64,000 nucleotides of DNA from Candidatus Latescibacterota bacterium (lineage in GTDB: Bacteria > Latescibacterota > UBA2968 > UBA8231). The position numbers and the translations under genes were made by a program. This document shows positions 40,060 to 48,404 of the stretch, in pieces (within the stretch, counting starts at the first letter, position 1; each line of letters starts with the position of its first letter). The DNA is taken from positions 2,432,001-2,496,000 of the forward strand of contig CBDCSU010000006.1 of the NCBI GenBank assembly GCA_965221775.1, written 5' to 3'. Below the pieces are notes generated by a model. That model ran no database searches. It saw only the letters and a list, made by a program, of their open reading frames with translations, and had not been told where the DNA came from.

Positions 40060-40070
40060 AAAGAGAGCCA

Positions 40071-41978
40071 ATGAGCACGTCACCCGCCCGGCGCGCCATC
40101 GTCGCCGGCATGGACGGCGCCAGCATGGAGCTGGTGAAGCGCCTGGCCGAAGCCGGCCACATGCCCAACGTGCGCGCCCTGATGAATGCGGGCGTCTGGC
40201 GCCCGATGGTCGGCGTCTTCCCCACCCTCACGCCGCCGGGCTGGACGGCCCTGTCCACCGGCTCGTGGCCGGGGACCCACGGGGTGATGGACTTCAACAT
40301 CCGCCACGTGGGCGAGGGCCTGGACCGCACCCTCTGGGGGATCGACACCTCCCTGTCGCGCTCGGAGTACATCTGGAACGCCTTCGAGCGCGGCGGCAAG
40401 AAGCCGATCCTGGTGAAATGGGAGATGTCGTGGCCGCCCACGGTGCGCCAGGGGGTGCAGGTGGAGGGCACCGGCCCCGGCGTCTCCAACCATCACCAGG
40501 TGGCCGGGTACCACCTCTTCGTGGGCGGCAAGTGGGCGCCGCGGCGGCTGGAGGCCCAGCGCGACCCGGAGACCCTCGACCCGAGCGCCCTGCAGGGGGT
40601 GCGCGAGTTCGATCCCGTGACCCTGGAAGAGGCCCGCGGCTGGATGGGACTGCCCGCCTCGAAGCGGATGCCGAAGGAGGCGGCCCTCACCATCCAGCCC
40701 CTGGCCAGGGGCCGCGAGGAGATGAACCGCGGCCGGGAGGGCACGCCGATGCAGCTGCACGCCCTGATCTACGCCAGCGGCCGGGGCGGCTACGACCGAG
40801 TGCGGATCTGCCGCTCGAAGAACGCGGGCCGGCCCCTGGCCGACCTCGGCGTGGGCGAGTGGAGCGACTGGTGGCTGGACCGCTTCGAGATCGACGGCCG
40901 CAAGGTGCGCGGATACGTGCGCGCCAAACTGATCACCCTGTCGGCGCGGGCCGACGCCTTCGAGCTCTTCATCCCCCAGATCTGGCCGCCCGACGGCTAC
41001 ACGAAGCCGGCCTCCGTGGCCCGCGAGATCGACCGCCACGTGGGCAACTTCCTGCAGAACCCGGCCCGCGACGCCCTCGGCCTGATCGACGACGACACCT
41101 ACTTCGAGCTGCTCGAGTTCCACCACGAGCGCCTCGCCGACGTGGCCGAGTACCTCGCCGGCTCCCGGGACTGGGACCTGCTGATGACGGAGACCCACGC
41201 CTCCGACTACACCAGCCACTTCTTCCTGCGCGCCGCCGATCCCCACTCCGGGGCGCCGCCGTCGGTGCAGCGGCGCTGCCGCGAGGGGGTGGAGCGCACC
41301 TACGCCTCCATCGACCGCTGGATCGGCCGCCTGCGCCGGCTCGCCGGCGACGACACCGCCTTCTTCGTGGTCTCCGACCACGGCGGCACCTCGCAGCAGC
41401 ACACCGTCGTCAACGTGGCGGCGGTGCTGGAGCAGGCTGGGTTCCTGAAATACGAGGGCCGCGGCCGCAACCGGCGCATCGACTGGACGCGCACCCGGGC
41501 GGCCGATGTGGGCCTCGTGCACATCTTCGTGAACCTCAAGGGGCGGGAGCCCGGCGGCATCGTCGATCCCGGGGACTACGACGCCACCTGCCGGGAGATC
41601 ATCCAGGCGCTCCACGACTACAAGGACCCGGAGACGGGGCGGCGGCCTTTCGCCCTCGCCCTGACCCGCGAGGACGCGGAGATGGTGAACCTGTGGTCGG
41701 ACCGGGTGGGCGACGTGGTCTACGCCCTGCGCCCGGAGTTCGACGGCGCCCACGGCAAGCAGCTGCCCTCCGTCGCCTTCGGCATGGCCGGCCAGCACTC
41801 GACCTTCATCGCCGCCGGCGCCGGCGTGCGCCGCGGGGGCCGGCTCGACCGCCAGGTGCGCGTCATCGACGTGGCGCCCACGATCTGCTACCTCACGGGA
41901 GCGCCGATGCCGCGCGATGTGGAGGGCGGGGTGATCTACGAGGCGGTGAGGGACGTGGATTTGCACCGGGTGGGGTGA
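40071..41978 (+). CDS. Alkaline phosphatase superfamily protein (nucleotide pyrophosphatase/phosphodiesterase-like)
   Basis: GMDGA, PTLTPPGWTALSTG, VVSDHG, IDVAPT. Confidence 0.9.
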   Translation: MSTSPARRAIVAGMDGASMELVKRLAEAGHMPNVRALMNAGVWRPMVGVFPTLTPPGWTALSTGSWPGTHGVMDFNIRHVGEGLDRTLWGIDTSLSRSEYIWNAFERGGKKPILVKWEMSWPPTVRQGVQVEGTGPGVSNHHQVAGYHLFVGGKWAPRRLEAQRDPETLDPSALQGVREFDPVTLEEARGWMGLPASKRMPKEAALTIQPLARGREEMNRGREGTPMQLHALIYASGRGGYDRVRICRSKNAGRPLADLGVGEWSDWWLDRFEIDGRKVRGYVRAKLITLSARADAFELFIPQIWPPDGYTKPASVAREIDRHVGNFLQNPARDALGLIDDDTYFELLEFHHERLADVAEYLAGSRDWDLLMTETHASDYTSHFFLRAADPHSGAPPSVQRRCREGVERTYASIDRWIGRLRRLAGDDTAFFVVSDHGGTSQQHTVVNVAAVLEQAGFLKYEGRGRNRRIDWTRTRAADVGLVHIFVNLKGREPGGIVDPGDYDATCREIIQALHDYKDPETGRRPFALALTREDAEMVNLWSDRVGDVVYALRPEFDGAHGKQLPSVAFGMAGQHSTFIAAGAGVRRGGRLDRQVRVIDVAPTICYLTGAPMPRDVEGGVIYEAVRDVDLHRVG

Positions 41979-42025
41979 GCAGCGGGCGGCTGCCGTTCAG
42001 TCAGGGCGTCCTCGTGTGGGCGGGG

Positions 42026-42053
42026 TTGACGGTGCTTGTGCAGCCCGTACTCT
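42026..42053 (+). promoter_or_regulatory. Putative sigma70 promoter pointing into the intergenic structured region
   Basis: TTGACG-N16-TACTCT with no convincing downstream CDS on this strand. Confidence 0.5.
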
Positions 42054-42080
42054 CTCCCAAGTTGGATTCGGAGGAGTAGC

Positions 42081-42156
42081 CACGCTCCATCGGGTTGAAA
42101 GGTTGGGATGGAGATTCTGCACGCTCCATCGGGTTCAAGTGTGGGATGGAGTCTTG
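42081..42156. repeat. Two tandem imperfect units (39 and 37 bp), each an internal hairpin
   Basis: CACGCTCCATCGGGTT...TGGGATGGAG twice; stem CTCCATC/GATGGAG. Confidence 0.9.
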
Positions 42157-42215
42157 CAGGCTGCCCTCCTTGGGGGCAGGAGGTGACAGCCTCCTCGCCC
42201 CCGCTATAAGCGGCA

Positions 42216-42258
42216 GATGCCCCCGACCCTGATCACCGGGCCGGGGGCATCGCTTTGT
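42216..42258 (+). terminator. Intrinsic terminator-like hairpin
   Basis: GATGCCCCCG...CGGGGGCATC followed by GCTTTGT. Confidence 0.6.
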
Positions 42259-42271
42259 ACGGAGAGAACCG

Positions 42272-42299
42272 AACCTACCGAGGATGATGGCGGGGTCAA
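42272..42299 (-). promoter_or_regulatory. Putative convergent (antisense) promoter
   Basis: TTGACC-N16-TAGGTT on the minus strand. Confidence 0.35.
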
Positions 42300-42340
42300 G
42301 ATTCAGGAAGGCGCTGGACCCCCCTACCCCTGCAAACGCA

Positions 42341-43414
42341 TCAGCCCTCCAACGCCGGCACGCCGTGGGCCGCCGCGAAGCGCGGGTTCCAGGCCACCGC
42401 TCCCGACTGCACGTCCGCCAGCGCCAACCGCTCCCCGTCGCGCTCGGCCGACGCGTTGGCGCCCAGCACCGCGGCGAGGCTGTTCAGGCTCGGCCCGTAG
42501 GGGCTGAGCGTCGCCGACGGGTCGGCGGCCTTCACCGCGCCGACAAAGGCCTCCGCCTGCAGCGCGAAGGACGCCCGCCCTTCGGCCTCCTCCTCCCACA
42601 CTGTCTCGCCGTTCTCCACCACCTTCGCCGCCGACCACTCGATCAGGGCGTCGTCGCAGACGATCAGCACCTCGCGCCGTCCCGTCTGCACGTTGGTGAG
42701 CACCCGCGAGGTGGTGAAGCTGCCCGTGACCCCGGAATCGAAGCGGTAGTTCACGTCGTACGCGTGGGGCAGGTTCATCGGCTCGGGCCCCACCCCGGGC
42801 TCGCGCCAGTGGTAGAAGGCGGAGACCTGGGCGATGTCGCCGAGCCAGTAGCGCACGAGGTCGACCATGTGGATGGTGTTCTCCACGAAGGAGCCGCCGC
42901 ACTCCTCGTAGCGGCTGGTCCACCAGCGGATGGGGCTGCCGCTGTAGAGCAGTTGCACCTGCGCGTGGCGCGGGGTCAGGGACGCGAGCCGTTCGCGGAC
43001 GACCGCCGACGACGGGCAGTAGCGGCTGTTGAAGCCGACCTGGGAGACGACGCCGGCCTTCTCGATGGCGGCGGCGAACTCCACGGCCTGGGCGATGTCG
43101 AGGCTCACCGGCTTTTCCACGAAGAGGTGGAGGCCGTGCTCGGCGGCCAGCCGCACCTGGTCGGTGTGCAGGGTCGGCGGCAGGTTGACGTACACGGCGT
43201 CGAGGGACTCGCGCTCCAGCATGCGCTCGTAGTCGGTGTAGACCGCCCTGGCGCCGAAGGCGGCGGCTTGCTCACGGCCCGTCCCCTCGCTCACGTCGCA
43301 GAAGGCGGTGAACTCCGCCTCGCCCGCCTCCACCAGGGGTTGCAGGGCGGGCAGGTGGGCGCGCTGGGTGATGAACCCCACGCCGATGAATCCCAGTCTC
43401 ACGGGTGCGGCCAT
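42341..43414 (-). CDS. Gfo/Idh/MocA oxidoreductase
   Basis: GFIGVG, FVEKP, VGFNSRY, ENTIHMVD. Confidence 0.9.
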   Translation of the reverse strand: MAAPVRLGFIGVGFITQRAHLPALQPLVEAGEAEFTAFCDVSEGTGREQAAAFGARAVYTDYERMLERESLDAVYVNLPPTLHTDQVRLAAEHGLHLFVEKPVSLDIAQAVEFAAAIEKAGVVSQVGFNSRYCPSSAVVRERLASLTPRHAQVQLLYSGSPIRWWTSRYEECGGSFVENTIHMVDLVRYWLGDIAQVSAFYHWREPGVGPEPMNLPHAYDVNYRFDSGVTGSFTTSRVLTNVQTGRREVLIVCDDALIEWSAAKVVENGETVWEEEAEGRASFALQAEAFVGAVKAADPSATLSPYGPSLNSLAAVLGANASAERDGERLALADVQSGAVAWNPRFAAAHGVPALEG

Positions 43415-44310
43415 CAGGCCTCCTCGATCTGGCGGATCAGCTCCGCGTCCAGGGGTCCGGCGTCCGAAGCGGCGACGGACCGTTCCAGCTCGGCGACGCT
43501 GTCGACGCCGGAGAGGACGGTCCCCACGCGGGCATCCGACAGCAGGTAGCGCAGCCCCGCGTCGGCGGGGCTCAGGCCGTGGCGGGCCAGGACCGCCTCG
43601 ACCCGCTCCAGCCTCTCGTAGCGTTCCTCGAAGCGGCCCTGCTGCCGCCAGTGGTCCCGCCGCGATCCGAGGAGCCCGGCGTGCAATGGCGAGGCGCAGA
43701 TGAGGGCGGCGTCGGCGGCGACGGCGGCCGGCACCAGGGCCTCGCGGGCGTCCTGCACCAGCAGGTCGTACTTCAGGTAGGTGATGACGGAGACGAACTC
43801 GTCCGTGGCGCCGAGCATGCGCACCATGAGATCGAGGTCGGCGCCGGTGAGGCCGATGTGGGTCGCCAGACCCTGCTCGCGCAGCTCGATGAGCGCCTCG
43901 AGGGTGCGCCCCTTGCCGAAGACCCCCTCCCAGCCGGCCTTCTCGGTCTCGTGGATCTGCACCAGGTCGACGCGGTCCCGCTGCAGCCGCTTCAGGCTGG
44001 CCTCGAAGCCGCGCATCACCGTATCGCGCGTGTAGTCGAAGGGCTCGGGGAGGTAGCCCACCTTGGTGGCCAGGAAGAAGGGCTGCTCCACCCCCTTCAG
44101 CGCGTGGCCCAGGACCTCCTCGCTGCGGCCGCTGCCGTAGAGGGGGGCCGTGTCGATGTAGTTGACCCCCAGCTCCAGGGCGCGCTCGACGATGGCGGCA
44201 CCGTGGGAGACGGGCCGCGGGCCGAACTCGGGGCGGCCGTAGAACCAGGCGCCGCCGAGGGCGATCTCGCTGACCTGCCAGCCGGTCTTGCCGAACCGGC
44301 GGTAGCGCAT
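43414..44310 (-). CDS. Aldo/keto reductase
   Basis: MRYRRFGKTG, IDTAPLYG, LATKVG, SLKRLQRDRVDLVQIH. Confidence 0.92.
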   Translation of the reverse strand: MRYRRFGKTGWQVSEIALGGAWFYGRPEFGPRPVSHGAAIVERALELGVNYIDTAPLYGSGRSEEVLGHALKGVEQPFFLATKVGYLPEPFDYTRDTVMRGFEASLKRLQRDRVDLVQIHETEKAGWEGVFGKGRTLEALIELREQGLATHIGLTGADLDLMVRMLGATDEFVSVITYLKYDLLVQDAREALVPAAVAADAALICASPLHAGLLGSRRDHWRQQGRFEERYERLERVEAVLARHGLSPADAGLRYLLSDARVGTVLSGVDSVAELERSVAASDAGPLDAELIRQIEEA

Positions 44311-44738
44311 CAGGAGGAGGCCGACGGCGGCCGGGCCTGGCGCTCGCCGTAGGACACGTCGCAGAGGTCGTCGCAGGCCATCTCGGGCGGGACCCGCCCG
44401 AAGCGGTGGCGGTTGCGGGCGATCACGGCATACCCCAGGCGGAAGAGCCAGGTGAGCACGGGCACCCGGTAGAGCCAGGCCACCAAGTGCAGGGGCGGCA
44501 GCCGCCGGTAGATCTGGTAGACGCCGTCGGCGCCGACGTGGACGGTCTCCGCGTCGGGCACGAGCCGCAGGCCGGTGTTGAAGTCGCTGTGCTTCAGCAG
44601 CGGGAAGCGCTCCTCGGCGCCGGGGGCCTGCCGCGGCAGGTACTCGAACTGCCCGTCGCGGTCGAGGCGCTGGATGCGGGTCACGCTCCACCGGCAGAAG
44701 CGGCACTCGCCGTCGTATACGACTACGGGTCGATTCAT
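44310..44738 (-). CDS. DCC1-like thiol-disulfide oxidoreductase (DUF393)
   Basis: YDGECRFC, YAVIARNRHR. Confidence 0.88.
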   Translation of the reverse strand: MNRPVVVYDGECRFCRWSVTRIQRLDRDGQFEYLPRQAPGAEERFPLLKHSDFNTGLRLVPDAETVHVGADGVYQIYRRLPPLHLVAWLYRVPVLTWLFRLGYAVIARNRHRFGRVPPEMACDDLCDVSYGERQARPPSASS

Positions 44739-44805
44739 GGTGGGGAGAAAGGAACGGAAAGGATCGAGATTCGCAAGACTTGCCTCCGGTTGCCGCCGCA
44801 GCCGG

Positions 44806-47220
44806 TCAACTCCGGTTCTCTCTACGCTCTCTGAAGACCAGGACCAAAGCTCCTGCAAGGGAGACCGCGGCGAGCAGTAGAAGACTCTTGCGGAGAGGAG
44901 AGAGCCGCGCCGTGATCACGATCTCGTGCTCGCCGGCATCCAGTGGGATGGCCATGAAGCGGCCGGCGGTCTCCATCGGCTGCACCGGCGTCCCGTCAAC
45001 GGTGACCTGCAGATAGGGCCAGTACCCATAGGCCAGGCGCGCATGGCACTTTGCGGAGACAGTGACCTTCATCTTCACCTGCTGATGGTCGACCCGGTGG
45101 GCCAGGACCTGCGCCGTCGGGTTCGTCCCCAGGTCGACGTCGTCCTCCAGGTCCCGGACGAGGATGCGCTCACAGGAAAAGTCGCTCCCGAAGTGGAGGC
45201 CGGTCCGGGTGATGATCCACAGGGCAAGGGCGACCCGATCGTCCAGGTCCTCCCCGAAGCGGGAATGGATGCTGGTGAGATCGACGGTCCTCTCGTCGTA
45301 ACCGGCCAGCCTCCCCGAGACCCTGATGGGGCCGTAGTTGTCCAAGGAAAAGCCGAAACCGGATGTCTTCTCTTCTGATGTGACGATCAGGTGACGTGTG
45401 TTCAGTAGATGGAAACCAGCCCACAGGGAGTTGCGGGCAGGGTGGGCCTTGAATTCCTCGACCGATGCCATTTGCGGCATCAGTCCGTGGGCCCACTCGG
45501 TGAAAGGGCTGGTGAAGGCATCGAGGGTGCGTAACTCGCCGGGATGGAAGGTCTCGGCGATCGGGGTCTTCCCTATGTAGAGCATGCGCGCCAGCCGCAG
45601 GGTCGGGTAGATGCCCTCGGCGATCCACTGGGCCCGGTAGTTGGGCAGGTCCAAGTGCTCCGGGAATGGCTTGGCCCCATCGGTGACCTGGGTGAAAAGC
45701 TCCGGTGGCCAACCCGTGGGTGTCTCGGCAGGAGTGGCATAGGGCTGAAGGAAGGTGGTGGGAAACAGATCGACGAACACCGCCAGGAGCAAGAGGGAGC
45801 ACCAGCGGCTGCCCGTGATTCCCCAGGGAGGGTTCTTCGTGAGCATATGGGCGCCGATGCCGACGGCCAAGGCGAGGAGGAAAGTCAGGAAGAGCAGGTA
45901 GCGCGAGGCGTTGAAGGCATGGATCAACGGCAGGGAGCTGATGGGCGGCAAGCGATAGGCGAAGATGAGCAGGAGCGTAAGGATCAGGCACAACCAGCAC
46001 GCGGCGAAGCGCTTGTCTCTACGTCTCAGCACGGCCACGCCGCCGGCGATGGCAATGACACACAACGAGACGCCCAGGTAACCGCCGTACCAGTGGAGGT
46101 GATCGGGGGGAACCAGCCAGAAGCGAAAGTTCGACCAACTCAGGAGGTGCAGCCAGCTGGGGTCGGGAAGCCCGGACAGGTTCATGGCGAAGTCGTGCAT
46201 GCGGGTATGACCACGCTCGAAGTACATCCCCACGTTCATGTAGGATCCGAAGACGATCCCTAGAGCGAAGAGAAGGACTCCGGCGCGAAGGATTGCCACC
46301 CTATCCGAGCAACCCCAACAGGACCAGAGGCGCACAACGCTGTAGCAGCCCGCCAGGGCCATGGCGAAGGCTCCGTAGCCGGGGTGGGTGAGAGTGAGCA
46401 GGGCCAAACTTGCCCCTCCCAGGAGGGCCGTCGGCATCCTGCGCGGCCCATCGACCACCTGCTCGATCCAGTAGAATGCCCACGGTAGGAACGCGTAGAA
46501 CAGGGACAAGGACAGGCGTCCCATCAACAGGACGTGCTGGGTGTGCCAGAAGCAGAGGGCATAGGCCAGTCCGGCGATGAAGCCGGCGGCGCGCGAGCGG
46601 CAGAGGCTGGCCGTAAGGAGGTACATGCCGATGCCCGAGAGCACGTGGGCGGGGCCCAGGATCAGCTTCAGAGACAGGTAGAAATCGCCGAGAACCAGGT
46701 CGACGAGCCCTGCGAGGTAGAAGAAGACGAAGCCGTAGGTCTGGAAGACGGGAGAGCCGGTGCCGATGTAGAACGTCCAGATGGGCACCTGGCCGTCGGC
46801 GATGGCCTGGGCGGCAATCCAGGAGTGGGCGAGGTGGTGGGCTGCGTCAGCGGCCCAACTCGGCTCGCCGCGGGCGAAGTAGAACCGGCCGCAGACGAAC
46901 AGAGAGGCCGTGAGCAGCCACAGGGTTTTTCCCGGACTGGCGAAGCAGTCCTGCAGGAACGCAGTGAGTACCCGGTGGCGTGCCTCCTGGTAGATAAGCA
47001 GCGCCGCACCGAGGAGGAACAGGATCGCGAGCAGCGCATCCAGAGGGCCGAAGATGATCGGTTCCTCCAGGACGGCCGAGAGGAACCTGCCCCATGTGCC
47101 ATAGGTCTGGCTCGGTGACAGCACCCAGAGCTTGGTCATGGTGACATACTGGATGCAGACCGACAAGGCGCCGAGAGAGATCAGCACCCACAGCGTGGGG
47201 AACTGAATCCTGCCTTTCAC
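44806..47220 (-). CDS. Polytopic membrane protein (YfhO / PTPS-related, GT-C-like)
   Basis: Many TM segments, PIWTFYIGTGSPVF, C-terminal YWPYLQVTVDG...AGEHEI; weaker GC3 bias than neighbours. Confidence 0.7.
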   Translation of the reverse strand: MKGRIQFPTLWVLISLGALSVCIQYVTMTKLWVLSPSQTYGTWGRFLSAVLEEPIIFGPLDALLAILFLLGAALLIYQEARHRVLTAFLQDCFASPGKTLWLLTASLFVCGRFYFARGEPSWAADAAHHLAHSWIAAQAIADGQVPIWTFYIGTGSPVFQTYGFVFFYLAGLVDLVLGDFYLSLKLILGPAHVLSGIGMYLLTASLCRSRAAGFIAGLAYALCFWHTQHVLLMGRLSLSLFYAFLPWAFYWIEQVVDGPRRMPTALLGGASLALLTLTHPGYGAFAMALAGCYSVVRLWSCWGCSDRVAILRAGVLLFALGIVFGSYMNVGMYFERGHTRMHDFAMNLSGLPDPSWLHLLSWSNFRFWLVPPDHLHWYGGYLGVSLCVIAIAGGVAVLRRRDKRFAACWLCLILTLLLIFAYRLPPISSLPLIHAFNASRYLLFLTFLLALAVGIGAHMLTKNPPWGITGSRWCSLLLLAVFVDLFPTTFLQPYATPAETPTGWPPELFTQVTDGAKPFPEHLDLPNYRAQWIAEGIYPTLRLARMLYIGKTPIAETFHPGELRTLDAFTSPFTEWAHGLMPQMASVEEFKAHPARNSLWAGFHLLNTRHLIVTSEEKTSGFGFSLDNYGPIRVSGRLAGYDERTVDLTSIHSRFGEDLDDRVALALWIITRTGLHFGSDFSCERILVRDLEDDVDLGTNPTAQVLAHRVDHQQVKMKVTVSAKCHARLAYGYWPYLQVTVDGTPVQPMETAGRFMAIPLDAGEHEIVITARLSPLRKSLLLLAAVSLAGALVLVFRERRENRS

Positions 47221-47283
47221 GAGGCTGCTCCCAGAAAGGCGAGACGGGTTGTCGGTGAACCGCCGGGGGTGGTGCAGGCCGAG

Positions 47284-48402
47284 CTACGGAACCACCACCA
47301 CCTTCATCGAGCCTTCGCTGCCCGTCACCTCGATGCCCTTCTCGGTCTCGTCCAGGCCCAGGGTGTGGGTGATGAAGCGGTCCAGCGGCGCGCGGGTGCT
47401 CCTGAGGAAGGAGAGGGCCGTCTTGAACTGCATCGCCGGGTAGGCCCACATGCCGCGGATGTCGAGGTCCTTGAAGCAGACCTGGTTCGGGCGGATCTCG
47501 ACGCCGCCGGGGTCGGTGAAGTGGCCCACCTCGACGACGATGCCGCCGCGGCGCACGAAGTCGAGGGACTCCTTGAAGACGACGGGCACGCCGGCGGTCT
47601 CGATGACGATGTCGGGGCCGACGCCGTGGGTCAGCTCCTGCACCTGCTCCAGGCGCTCGTCGAGGGAGGCATCGGCGGCGATGACGTGGTGGGCCCCCAT
47701 GGCCTCGGCCAGGGTCAGCCGCGAGGCGCTCAGGTCGGAGGCGATGATGCAGTCGGTGCCGACGTGGGCGAGGGCGGCGATGACGAGCTGGCCGATGGGG
47801 CCGGCGCCGAGGACCATGACCGACTTGTCCATGCCGAGGCCCTCGGAGATGTGGGGGATGCCCGGCGCCAGGGCGCGCTCCACGGCGCGGGTGGCGACGG
47901 CGGCGGGCTCGGTGAGGACGGCGATCTCGGGCGAGAGGCCCTCGGGGATCTTGAAGATCCAGGAGCGGGGGGTCAGGTGCATGTACTCGGCGAAGCCGCC
48001 CCGCGGCGCCGGGGCCACATCGCTGGAGACGAAGCCGTGGACGTAGCGGTTGGCGCACAGGGCCGGGCGCTGGGGCTGGTGCAGGCAGTACCAGCAGCGG
48101 CCGCAGGCCTGGGAGCTGGGGGTGGTGGTGACGAGATCGCCTTCGGCGATGGGACCGCCGATGACGGCCATCTCCTCGGTCGCCTGCGGCCCTAGCTCCT
48201 CGATGACGCCCACCAGCTCGTGGCCGGGGATCACCGGGAACTGCAGCGGCATGTGGCCGGCGTACATGTGCTTGTCGGAGCCGCAGATGCCGGCGCGCTC
48301 CACCTTCAGCAGGATCTCGTCGCCGCCGATGGCGGGCCTCGGGAACTCGCGCAGCTCCACGGCCCCGGGGCCGGTCATGACGGCGGCCTTCACGGCGGCC
48401 AT
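47284..48402 (-). CDS. Zinc-binding (MDR) dehydrogenase
   Basis: GICGSD, GHE, CGRCWYC, GAGPIG. Confidence 0.92.
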   Translation of the reverse strand: MAAVKAAVMTGPGAVELREFPRPAIGGDEILLKVERAGICGSDKHMYAGHMPLQFPVIPGHELVGVIEELGPQATEEMAVIGGPIAEGDLVTTTPSSQACGRCWYCLHQPQRPALCANRYVHGFVSSDVAPAPRGGFAEYMHLTPRSWIFKIPEGLSPEIAVLTEPAAVATRAVERALAPGIPHISEGLGMDKSVMVLGAGPIGQLVIAALAHVGTDCIIASDLSASRLTLAEAMGAHHVIAADASLDERLEQVQELTHGVGPDIVIETAGVPVVFKESLDFVRRGGIVVEVGHFTDPGGVEIRPNQVCFKDLDIRGMWAYPAMQFKTALSFLRSTRAPLDRFITHTLGLDETEKGIEVTGSEGSMKVVVVP

Positions 48403-48404
48403 GG

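Larger units (their letters stand above)
42060..42258 (+). ncRNA. Candidate structured small RNA, family unknown
   Basis: Upstream promoter-like motif, tandem hairpins and a terminal GC-rich stem followed by GCTTTGT. Confidence 0.45.

Noticed and set aside
42081-42156. Mini CRISPR array
   Set aside because: Only two abutting units with no spacer-length unique sequence between them and no cas genes.
42108-42209. Type I toxin peptide
   Set aside because: The 33-aa product has no hydrophobic helix and no good RBS; kept only as a note under the sRNA candidate.
44310-44738. Second selenoprotein in the DCC1-like gene
   Set aside because: Its CxxC is encoded by ordinary Cys codons with no in-frame TGA.
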